Source of the DNA: an uncultured Gammaproteobacteria bacterium
Lineage (GTDB): Bacteria > Patescibacteriota > Patescibacteriia > 2-12-FULL-57-11
Direction of reading: 5' to 3'
Length of the DNA: 64,000 nt
NCBI GenBank assembly: GCA_964648865.1
Contig: CAZYLV010000001.1
Coordinates: 84,509 to 148,508, forward strand
Below, piece by piece: positions 9,051-16,581 of this stretch. Made by a program: the position numbers and the translations under genes. Position 1 is the first letter of the stretch; the number at the start of each line of letters is the position of its first letter. Under the pieces are notes generated by a model. The model worked only from the letters and a program-made list of their open reading frames with translations. It did no database searches and was not told where the DNA came from.

Positions 9051-10079
9051 TCAGATGCGGCAGAACAGCGAGAACGCGGTGTCGTAGAAAATGCTTTCCG
9101 CGGCCCGCGTTTTCGTTTCCGGCACATGCGCCGCGAGGGCACCACCGATCGCCGCGAGCTGCTGCCAGTGGGCATGCGTCGCGCCGGCGGCGATGGCAGC
9201 CGACTCCCGCTGCTCGGCAGGGTCCGCCCAATGGTACGGATACGGCGTCGCCAGGCGCTCTCCCTTTGCCGGATGCGCGTAGATCGCGGCGCGGATCAGG
9301 TTGAGCGGTTCATCGGAGCCGAAGACGATGCGCTCCGTGCCGAAGGCCTCGAGCGCCATGCCGACGACCTCGGCCGACGGGATCATCGCCGTATCCATGT
9401 AGACCCGCTCGCGTCGGGCGACCGCCGCGTAGGCCTCGCGCAGTCCCGGCACCGGCATGTGCGGCAGGCCGAGATGCGCCAGGACCACGACAAGCCGCGG
9501 GAAGCGGTCGAGCACCCCGAGCAGCTCGTCGACGCAGCGGGTGATCATCCGCGGCAGGTGCAGGATGATCGGCACGCCCCGCGCCTGGGCCTCCTCGAGC
9601 ACCGGCTCAGGGAAGACCTCGAGGATGCGCTGCGCCGGCGGGGAGAAGTACTGGTAGTACATCTTGAGCGCGGCGACCCGCGGATGCCCCAGGAGCGCGA
9701 CCGTGTAGTCGATCTCCGTAGGGATGCCGTAGAGGGCGATGCGGTCCTGCGGCGGCGCCTGCCCGAGCAGGTAGGCGTTGGCCTCGCGATGCCGGATGCC
9801 GCGGTAGGGCATCGGGAAACGTAGGGCCGCGACCTGCCTGCCCGGGTAGAGGAGCGCCTGCAGCCCGGCCGACTGCTCCAACGTGAAGCTCGGGAAGGTC
9901 GTCATCATGTGCCCGAGCAGCGGCGCGTCGATCGTCCCGACGTGCTCGGGCAGGTTGGTGTGCACGTGGGCGTCGAAGATGCGCTCCGGCAGCCAGTCGG
10001 CAGCACGGCGGCGCAACTCCTCTTCCTCCGGCGTCAGCGCCTGCGCGTATGCCAGATACTTGTCGACAGGGATCTCCAT
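9051..10079 (-). CDS. amidohydrolase family (TIM-barrel metal-dependent hydrolase)
   Basis: FDAHVH, LKMY, ILHLP, LAHLG, YMDTA, FGSDEP motifs; GGAGG RBS before ATG 10079. Confidence 0.9.
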   Translation of the reverse strand: MEIPVDKYLAYAQALTPEEEELRRRAADWLPERIFDAHVHTNLPEHVGTIDAPLLGHMMTTFPSFTLEQSAGLQALLYPGRQVAALRFPMPYRGIRHREANAYLLGQAPPQDRIALYGIPTEIDYTVALLGHPRVAALKMYYQYFSPPAQRILEVFPEPVLEEAQARGVPIILHLPRMITRCVDELLGVLDRFPRLVVVLAHLGLPHMPVPGLREAYAAVARRERVYMDTAMIPSAEVVGMALEAFGTERIVFGSDEPLNLIRAAIYAHPAKGERLATPYPYHWADPAEQRESAAIAAGATHAHWQQLAAIGGALAAHVPETKTRAAESIFYDTAFSLFCRI

Positions 10080-10090
10080 CGTGTCCTCCA

Positions 10091-10122
10091 TAAAAAGAGG
10101 GACCAGCGTTGCCGCCGGTCCC
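10091..10122 (-). terminator. terminator-like hairpin immediately before the amidohydrolase RBS
   Basis: GGGACCGGCG-GCAA-CGCTGGTCCC then TCTTTTT on the minus strand. Confidence 0.55.
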
Positions 10123-10143
10123 GGTTCCTCCCGCCCGCGCCCG

Positions 10144-11457
10144 TCAGGGCTCGAGGCGGTTCGGCCCGCGGTAGAGGTAGGTGACCTCACGCACGTTGCT
10201 GACCCCGAGCACGGTCATCAGCAACCGCGTCAGCCCGAGACCGAAGCCTCCGTGCGGCGGGCAGCCGTAGCGGAAGCAGTTCATGTACCCGGACATCGTC
10301 TCCGGAGCGAGCCCCTTCTCGAGCGCCTGCACGTGCAGGAGCCCGTAGCGGTGCTCGCGCTGCGCCCCGGTCGTCACCTCGAGCCCCTTCCACAGGAGAT
10401 CGAAGCTCTTGGTGAGTCCCGGCGCGTCGGCGTGCCGCATGTGGTAGAACGGACGCGCACTGATCGGATAGTCCGTCACGAAGACGAACTCGTGCCCGGT
10501 CCGCTCGCGGACGTCCTGGTACGCGCGGCGCTCGCCCTCCGGATCGAGGTCGCCCTTGTGCTCGCGGGCGATCTCGTGCCCCCCGCGCGCGGCGATCCCG
10601 TACGCCTCGGCCACCGTGATCTTGGGGAACGGCAGCGTCGGCACGACGACCTCGACCCCGAAATGCTCGCGGATCGCCTCGCCGTGCCGCTCCTTGACCG
10701 CGGCGAGCGCGGCCTGAAGCAGCCCGGCCTCGAAGTCCATCACGTCGTGATGCGACGTGATCCACGACATCTCGACGTCGATGCTCGTGAACTCCGTGTC
10801 GTGACGGGCGGTGAACGAGGGATTGGCCCGGAAGACCGGGCCGATCTCGAACACCCGGTCGAACCCCGCCGCCATCGCCAGCTGCTTGTAGAACTGCGGC
10901 GACTGGGCGAGGCAGGCCATGCGGTCGAAGTACTCGACGCGGAAGAGCTCCGCGCCGGACTCGCTGGCGCTGGCCATCAGCTTCGGCGAGTGGATCTCGA
11001 CGAAGCCGTGGGTGCGCCAGTGCTCGCGCATGGCGTGCTCGAGCGTGGTCTGGACGTCGAAGACCAGCCGGTTGCGCGGGGAGCGGAGGTCGAGGAACCG
11101 CCAGTCCATGCGCAGCTCGGGGGAGGAGTTCTGGTCGATCGGCAGGTGCGGCTCGCACGCGCCGACGACCGCGACCTCCTCGGCCACCAGCTCGATCCCG
11201 CCCAGCTTGGCGTGCGGGTTCTCGACGACCTTCCCGGTGACCGTCACGGCGGACTCGTGGGTGAGTCCGGCGATGGCGACGGCGATCGGGTCCTCGCCCT
11301 CACGCTTCTGGTGGATGACCTGCAGCCTGCCGGTGTGGTCGCGCAGGACGATGAACTGCATGCGCTTCTGGTCGCGCATCCGCTCCACCCATCCGGCGAC
11401 CGTCACCGTCTTGCCCGCGGCGCCACGGATGGCGCCGATCAACGTTCTCGTTTCCAC
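10144..11457 (-). CDS. aspS: aspartate--tRNA ligase, short archaeal/non-discriminating type
   Basis: OB-fold (VAGWV..RD..FIVLRD), LAQSPQFYKQ, motif 2 GPVFRAN..RHDTEF, motif 3 PPHGGFGLGLTR; no GAD insertion; GTG start after AAGGAG. Confidence 0.9.
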   Translation of the reverse strand: METRTLIGAIRGAAGKTVTVAGWVERMRDQKRMQFIVLRDHTGRLQVIHQKREGEDPIAVAIAGLTHESAVTVTGKVVENPHAKLGGIELVAEEVAVVGACEPHLPIDQNSSPELRMDWRFLDLRSPRNRLVFDVQTTLEHAMREHWRTHGFVEIHSPKLMASASESGAELFRVEYFDRMACLAQSPQFYKQLAMAAGFDRVFEIGPVFRANPSFTARHDTEFTSIDVEMSWITSHHDVMDFEAGLLQAALAAVKERHGEAIREHFGVEVVVPTLPFPKITVAEAYGIAARGGHEIAREHKGDLDPEGERRAYQDVRERTGHEFVFVTDYPISARPFYHMRHADAPGLTKSFDLLWKGLEVTTGAQREHRYGLLHVQALEKGLAPETMSGYMNCFRYGCPPHGGFGLGLTRLLMTVLGVSNVREVTYLYRGPNRLEP

Positions 11458-11479
11458 GTTGCCTTTCTCCTTCTTCGTC

Positions 11480-12802
11480 TCAGGGGTAGATCTTGCGTCG
11501 GAAGGTGCGCGGGAACGGGATGGCATCCCGCACGTGCGGGATGTTGAGCAGCCAGCGGAGGAACCGCTCGACGCCCATGCCGAACCCGCCGTGCGGCGGG
11601 CAGCCGGCCTCCCGCAACTCGCGCACCCAGTCGTAGCGGGCGTCGCCCGCCTTACCCTTCTCGGTCATGCGCTCGTCCAGCTCGGGCAGGGTGGTGACCT
11701 TCTCGGCCACGCCGAGCAGCTCCCCGAACCCGTCCGTCGCGATGAGGTCCGCCGTCATCGTCAACTCCGCATCCGTAGGGTCGACGCTGTACGGGAAGGG
11801 CTCCACGGACCGTGGATTGCCGACCACCCAGAACGGCGTATCGAAACGCCGTGCCAGCGCGGTCTCCTCGACGGAGCCGAGGCTCTCGCCGAAGACGATG
11901 GCACTCCCCTCCTTCCGGAGGATGGCCACCGCCTCTCGGTAGGTCAGGCGCGGGTAGGGCGTCCGGAGCCCCTCCGTCCGCATCCCCCGCCCGACCGCCT
12001 CCGCCAGCGGACCGCAGCGCTCGACGGCGTGCCGCGTCAGGTCGCTGATGAGCGACTCGACGTCAGCCATCAGGCCCTCGCGGTCCGTGAACATCACCTC
12101 CGCCTTGATGTGCCAGTACTCCATCAGGTGCCGTTTGCTCTTGCTCTCCTCCCCGCGGAAGCTCGGCCCGATGTTGTAGACACGGTCGAAGGCGTGCGCG
12201 GCGGCCTCCAGGTAGAAGCCGACGCACTGGGTGAGATACGCATCCTGCTCGCCGACGGTCACGGAGATGGCCGTAGGGCCGTCGTAGAGCGGGAGCGTGG
12301 TGAGCAGCGGCGCGGTGATCTCCAGGAACTCGCGCTCCCGGAACCACTGATGCACCGCGCCCATCATCTCGTGCCGGAACCGCAGGATCGCCCGCACGCG
12401 CTCGTTGCGCAGGTACAGGTGGCGGTTCCGCAGGAGATGGTCCGCGTGGCGCTCGTCGAAGATATCGATGTCCGCGCGCAGCTTGGGGCTGAACCGCTTG
12501 GTGGCGCGACTGACGACCTCGAACGTGTCCATGTGGACCTCGACGCGATGCGGCCCGGGGACGGTCCGTACCACGCCGGTGACGGCGAGCACCGACTCGA
12601 CGGGCAAGCCCGCCACGGTGCGCAACGCCTCCTTGGCCATGCGGCCGCACTCCAGGACGACCTGCAGCGTCCCGGTGGTGTCCGCGAGGGTGAGGAAGAG
12701 CACCTGGCCCAACCTCCGCTTGGACGTCAACCATCCGGTGACCCGCACGCGCGTTTCGGGCGCGAGGCCACCAAGGACAGCGGCGATACGGTACTGCTGC
12801 AT
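11480..12802 (-). CDS. asnS: asparagine--tRNA ligase-like protein (divergent)
   Basis: OB-fold, RNRHLYLR, YLTQCVGFYLE, GPSFRGEESKSKRHLMEYW, PHGGFGMGVERF..IPFPR; AAGGAG RBS. Confidence 0.75.
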   Translation of the reverse strand: MQQYRIAAVLGGLAPETRVRVTGWLTSKRRLGQVLFLTLADTTGTLQVVLECGRMAKEALRTVAGLPVESVLAVTGVVRTVPGPHRVEVHMDTFEVVSRATKRFSPKLRADIDIFDERHADHLLRNRHLYLRNERVRAILRFRHEMMGAVHQWFREREFLEITAPLLTTLPLYDGPTAISVTVGEQDAYLTQCVGFYLEAAAHAFDRVYNIGPSFRGEESKSKRHLMEYWHIKAEVMFTDREGLMADVESLISDLTRHAVERCGPLAEAVGRGMRTEGLRTPYPRLTYREAVAILRKEGSAIVFGESLGSVEETALARRFDTPFWVVGNPRSVEPFPYSVDPTDAELTMTADLIATDGFGELLGVAEKVTTLPELDERMTEKGKAGDARYDWVRELREAGCPPHGGFGMGVERFLRWLLNIPHVRDAIPFPRTFRRKIYP

Positions 12803-12866
12803 CTGCCTCTCCTTGGCCATTTCGTCGACGGGATTGTCAACGATCTCGCCCCTTGCGGAGCCGGTC

Positions 12867-12895
12867 AGCATGGCAAATGACCTCTTCTCTGTCAA
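12867..12895 (-). promoter_or_regulatory. sigma70-type promoter for asnS-aspS
   Basis: TTGACA-17 nt-CATGCT with TG extension, directly after a terminator. Confidence 0.65.
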
Positions 12896-12907
12896 GGACC
12901 CGCCGAA

Positions 12908-12932
12908 TAAAAAAGGGCCGTGAAAACGGACC
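12908..12932 (-). terminator. intrinsic terminator after the methyltransferase
   Basis: GGGTCCGT-TTTC-ACGGCCC then TTTTTT on the minus strand. Confidence 0.65.
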
Positions 12933-12944
12933 CGAAGGAGCGTG

Positions 12945-13727
12945 CTATGCGGGCACTCTCCCGTAGATGCCGCCGCGCGGCACCTGGATGAGGAACTTCT
13001 CGTCCGCCGGCAACTTCCGGTAGACGCGGACGAAGTACCCCAGGTGGCGACCGTTGTCGTTGAAGAGCCGCAGACGCGCCATCCAGGCATCGCGCAGCTC
13101 CGGCGGGAACGGCTCGACGTACGTCCGCATGCGCTCGGCATCCGCGGGGACGACGTCGTACCGCGACTCGTGCTCGAGTTGCAGCCGATGGCCGTCGAAC
13201 AGTCCGCTCCAGTAGGCGCGATCGTATCCGGCATCCAGGTGCGTCCCGACGTCGCGGTTGAAGGCCTCGACCAACGCCGCGGACGGCGGCGTGCGGTAGT
13301 AGTACAGCGCCGTGAGCAGGGAGCCCCACGGCCGCAGCACGCGCACGGCCTCGGCGATGTGCGCGCGCCGCACGTCCGCGGGCACGAACGGCAGATGCCC
13401 GCCGACCACGACGTGCGTGAACGCACCGTCGAGGAACCGCAACCGACCGGCGTCGGCGGGCATGAACATGACGCGGTCCGCGATGCCGGAGTCGACGTTC
13501 GCCTTGGCCGCGGCGATGCTCGCCGCGTGCCGATCGATCCCGCAGCAGGCCGCGCGCGTGTATCGCGCGAGCTCGATCGTGACGAAGCCCGTCGAGCAGC
13601 CAATCTCGAGGACCCGCGCATCCGGACCCAGGAAGGAGTGGCGGATCCACTCCTTCACCGTATCGTAGCTGCCGGGCGGCGTGTTGACCTGACCCGATCG
13701 GACCACGAGGGAGAGGTAATCGGTCAC
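12945..13727 (-). CDS. class I SAM-dependent methyltransferase
   Basis: VLEIGCSTG motif I, GID, ADAGRL, VRVLRPWG; GGAG RBS and GTG start. Confidence 0.9.
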   Translation of the reverse strand: MTDYLSLVVRSGQVNTPPGSYDTVKEWIRHSFLGPDARVLEIGCSTGFVTIELARYTRAACCGIDRHAASIAAAKANVDSGIADRVMFMPADAGRLRFLDGAFTHVVVGGHLPFVPADVRRAHIAEAVRVLRPWGSLLTALYYYRTPPSAALVEAFNRDVGTHLDAGYDRAYWSGLFDGHRLQLEHESRYDVVPADAERMRTYVEPFPPELRDAWMARLRLFNDNGRHLGYFVRVYRKLPADEKFLIQVPRGGIYGRVPA

Positions 13728-13793
13728 TTCTTGTTTTCTCCGCAGCAGGTTGTCAGGAACCTCCTCGACCCTATACGCGGATCGAGGAGCCGG

Positions 13794-14567
13794 TCAAGGC
13801 GTGAGGTCCGTCGGCGTCCGGGGGAAAAGCGTGACCGCCACGGAGGAAGGCGCCCCCAGCAGCGCCTGCATCAGCCGCGCGGGGCTGATGCTGACGCCGC
13901 CGTGCGGGGGCATGCCGGAGCGGAACATCTCCAGATACGGGCGAAGCCGCTTCAAGGAAACGCCTGCGGCCTTGGCCTGCGCCATCAGCCGCGCGGGCCG
14001 ATGCTCGCGCAGGCCGCCGCTGCCGATCTCGACCCCGGCCAAGAGCACGTCGAAGCACTGGCTCCGTGCGGCGCGGCCGGAACCTGATCGGCGGAAGTAG
14101 AATGCGCGCTCGTGCGCCGGGAACGGCCCCGCGAACGTCAGGTCACGGACGCGACGTTCCCCACCTAGCCGTCTCTTGGCGACGGCGCGCAGCGTCTCCG
14201 TCATGACCTCGCGGACCAGGACCTCCAGCCGCCGCAGATCGGTCAGCCCAGCAATCTCCAGGTCCCATGTCGTGAACTCGGTCATCAGACCCGGGGCGCG
14301 CTTGGACGGCTTGCGCAGGTTCTCCCCGACGGCGAACACCTTGCGCAGGCCCATGCCGATGGCCAGCTGCTTGTAGGCCTGGGGCGACTGGGCGAGGTAC
14401 GCCTCTTTTCCGTAGTAGTCGACCGTGAACGCCCCGCCGTACGGTTCGAGCACCATCGCCGTGAAGATCGGGCAATGAATCTGCAAGAAACCGCGCCCTA
14501 GGAGCGCGGTACGGAACCCGTGCTCAAGCAGCGTCTGCAGCTCGATGATCTGGCGGACGTTTTTCAT
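13794..14567 (-). CDS. truncated class IIb (AspRS-like) catalytic-domain-only paralog
   Basis: YLAQSPQAYKQL, TEFTTWDLE, FDVLLAGVEIGSGGLREH, GMPPHGG..LFPR; no OB-fold; alternative start at 14603. Confidence 0.8.
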   Translation of the reverse strand: MKNVRQIIELQTLLEHGFRTALLGRGFLQIHCPIFTAMVLEPYGGAFTVDYYGKEAYLAQSPQAYKQLAIGMGLRKVFAVGENLRKPSKRAPGLMTEFTTWDLEIAGLTDLRRLEVLVREVMTETLRAVAKRRLGGERRVRDLTFAGPFPAHERAFYFRRSGSGRAARSQCFDVLLAGVEIGSGGLREHRPARLMAQAKAAGVSLKRLRPYLEMFRSGMPPHGGVSISPARLMQALLGAPSSVAVTLFPRTPTDLTP

Positions 14568-14725
14568 ACAGCCACGATACCTGGCCTGCCCGGACTTGAA
14601 CATGACCGGCGACCGACCTTCTCTGTCGAGTCCTGGTTTACAGCGGATTCCCGCCCACGGTTCAGGCCCAGCTGACTGTCACGTCTTACGCGCTCTTCCT
14701 GTTCACCCCCAGTGGACATCTTTCC

Positions 14726-14826
14726 TTGACTTCCCCCGGATTTGGGCGTATGCCTGAGGTAGGTCTGGAACAACGTGGGGCTTGGCCCCGGAGGATAGAA
14801 CAGTGCGGAACATCTTCTCGATGGCC
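14726..14826 (+). promoter_or_regulatory. promoter/leader/start block, copy 1
   Basis: TTGACT-17-TATGCC, GGGG..CCCC hairpin, GGAGG, GTG; near-identical to 15671-15770. Confidence 0.75.
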
Positions 14827-15609
14827 GCCCTCGGGGCGGCCGTTCTCCTGGCGAGCTGCGGCCCGCCGATCCCCCCGCCCATCGACTGCGGGCGGCCGGG
14901 GATGCCGGCCGAGGGCTGCTTCGAGCTCACGCTCACGAGCGAGCCCAGCGGTGCCTCCGTCTTCATGAACGGGGAGCCCGCCAGCGCGAGCGGCGTGACG
15001 CCGGTCGAGCAGCTTGCCGGGCTGTCGGGGCACTACACGATCGAGCTCGTGCTCGACGGCTACGAGCGGTACATGGTCGACCTCGAGCTCGACGGCATCG
15101 AAATGCACCACGCGGTGCTCGTGCCCGATGCCGCGGCCATGGGGACGCTCGACGTCTCCGCGGACGTGGCGGGCGGCATGCTCATGGTCGACGGCGCGGC
15201 CGTCGGGGTCATGGTGGACATGCCGATGTCCGTCATGGTGCCCGAGGGCAGCCACGTGGTGACGGTGCAGCTCGCCGGCTACGTGGCGACCACGCGGACC
15301 GCCGAGGTCGCCCGCGACATGACGACGATGGTCGACATCGCCGTGGGCCGGGATCTCACCGGAGCGTGGAGCTGTGACAGCGAAGTCGACGGCCGCTTCA
15401 CGGCCGACGTGACGATGAACATCGCCACGACGGTCAGCTCGATCCAGGCGCTCGGCTTCGCGGCCTGGGGCATCGAGGTCACCGGCCTGGTGCTGTCGTC
15501 ACCCATCCCCGACGTCACTGTCGCGGGGTCGGTCGCGGCCGACGGCAGCGCGCTCATGTGGACCACCACGGACCGTATGGGCTCGTACGACGCCACGTGC
15601 ACGCGCTAG
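14803..15609 (+). CDS. PEGA-domain lipoprotein
   Basis: Lipobox LLASC; two PEGA-like repeats (LTSEPSGASVFMNG..TP..GHYTIELVLDGY; VDGAAVG..GSHVVTVQLAGY). Confidence 0.85.
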   Translation: MRNIFSMAALGAAVLLASCGPPIPPPIDCGRPGMPAEGCFELTLTSEPSGASVFMNGEPASASGVTPVEQLAGLSGHYTIELVLDGYERYMVDLELDGIEMHHAVLVPDAAAMGTLDVSADVAGGMLMVDGAAVGVMVDMPMSVMVPEGSHVVTVQLAGYVATTRTAEVARDMTTMVDIAVGRDLTGAWSCDSEVDGRFTADVTMNIATTVSSIQALGFAAWGIEVTGLVLSSPIPDVTVAGSVAADGSALMWTTTDRMGSYDATCTR

Positions 15610-15630
15610 ACGTCCTCGCGCGACGTCGCA

Positions 15631-15658
15631 CCGATCAGCCAACGCTGGTCGGCTTTTT
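15631..15658 (+). terminator. intrinsic terminator, copy 1
   Basis: CCGATCAGC-CAAC-GCTGGTCGG-CTTTTT. Confidence 0.75.
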
Positions 15659-15670
15659 CTATATCAACCC

Positions 15671-15770
15671 TTGACTTTTCCTCACCGCGAGAGTATGCAT
15701 GAGAGACGAACCTGAACAATGGGGTCTCGCCCCGGAGGATAGATACGTGAGGAACATCTTCTCGATGGCC
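15671..15770 (+). promoter_or_regulatory. promoter/leader/start block, copy 2
   Basis: TTGACT-17-TATGCA, GGGG..CCCC, GGAGGATAGA, GTG, GGAACATCTTCTCGATGGCC. Confidence 0.75.
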
Positions 15771-16415
15771 CCGCTGAGCGGGGCGCTTCTCATCTCGCTC
15801 GCGGGAGCGACGGCGCTCGCCCAGCCGGCGACTTCGGGTGGTGGAGGCGGACACGGATGGCGTACCGGCCATGCCCCGTCCGCCGACGGCATCGACGGCT
15901 CCCTGCTGCCGTGGGTGCTCGTGGCCGTCTGCCTGGCCGTGACCATCGCTGTCTTCGTGCGCGCACGCCGCGCGAAGGTCGTGAGCTCGGCCGTCTCCTC
16001 GACCAACGAGGCGTCGCGCGTCCCGACGTTCGCGCTGCGGGCGGTTTCTGGGGTCCTGACGTGGTTGGGCGGGCTCGCCGCGGTCCTAGGGCTCCTCGCA
16101 GGCACGGTAATCATCATCGCCGGCCTCGCGGCGGAGCAGGGCGTCCTCGGCCTCCTCGGCGGGGCGGTGCCCGCGATCGTCGGCGGCGTCGTGGGCCTCG
16201 TCGTCATGGCGGTGGGGCAACTGCTCGCCTGCATCACCGCGATCGAGGCGCACGCGCGATCCGTCGCCGAACGGGTCGCCGCCAACGTGGAGGAGACCGC
16301 GCGGCTTCGCGCCGTCGTCATGGGACGGCTCCCTTCGCCCTCTGCCGGGACGGAAGCCGAAGCCACGCCTACGAATGGAGGTGCGGCATCCCAGGCGCAC
16401 CGCGCCGCGATCTGA
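15747..16415 (+). CDS. membrane protein of unknown function
   Basis: Signal-like N-terminus plus three hydrophobic helices; GGAGG RBS. Confidence 0.7.
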   Translation: MRNIFSMAPLSGALLISLAGATALAQPATSGGGGGHGWRTGHAPSADGIDGSLLPWVLVAVCLAVTIAVFVRARRAKVVSSAVSSTNEASRVPTFALRAVSGVLTWLGGLAAVLGLLAGTVIIIAGLAAEQGVLGLLGGAVPAIVGGVVGLVVMAVGQLLACITAIEAHARSVAERVAANVEETARLRAVVMGRLPSPSAGTEAEATPTNGGAASQAHRAAI

Positions 16416-16498
16416 CCATCGACGCAACATCGATGCGGCTGCCGGTACGCGCGTAGAGCACTGCGCCCGCCAGGCGCCGACGCGAGCGGCGCCGCACA

Positions 16499-16534
16499 CC
16501 GACCAGCCCAAAGCTGGTCGGCTCTTCTTTTTTT
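16499..16534 (+). terminator. intrinsic terminator, copy 2
   Basis: CCGACCAGC-CCAAA-GCTGGTCGG-CTCTTCTTTTTTT. Confidence 0.75.
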
Positions 16535-16542
16535 CGGGAATG

Positions 16543-16576
16543 AAAAAGCGGCTCGACCTCCAGGGAGGGAGCCGCT
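16543..16576 (-). terminator. intrinsic terminator of the second M23 gene
   Basis: AGCGGCTC...GAGCCGCT then TTTTC on the minus strand. Confidence 0.65.
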
Positions 16577-16581
16577 GCGTT

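Noticed and set aside
14604-14725. Possible small RNA in the divergent intergenic gap
   Set aside because: Only short chance-level stems; no convincing promoter/terminator pair.
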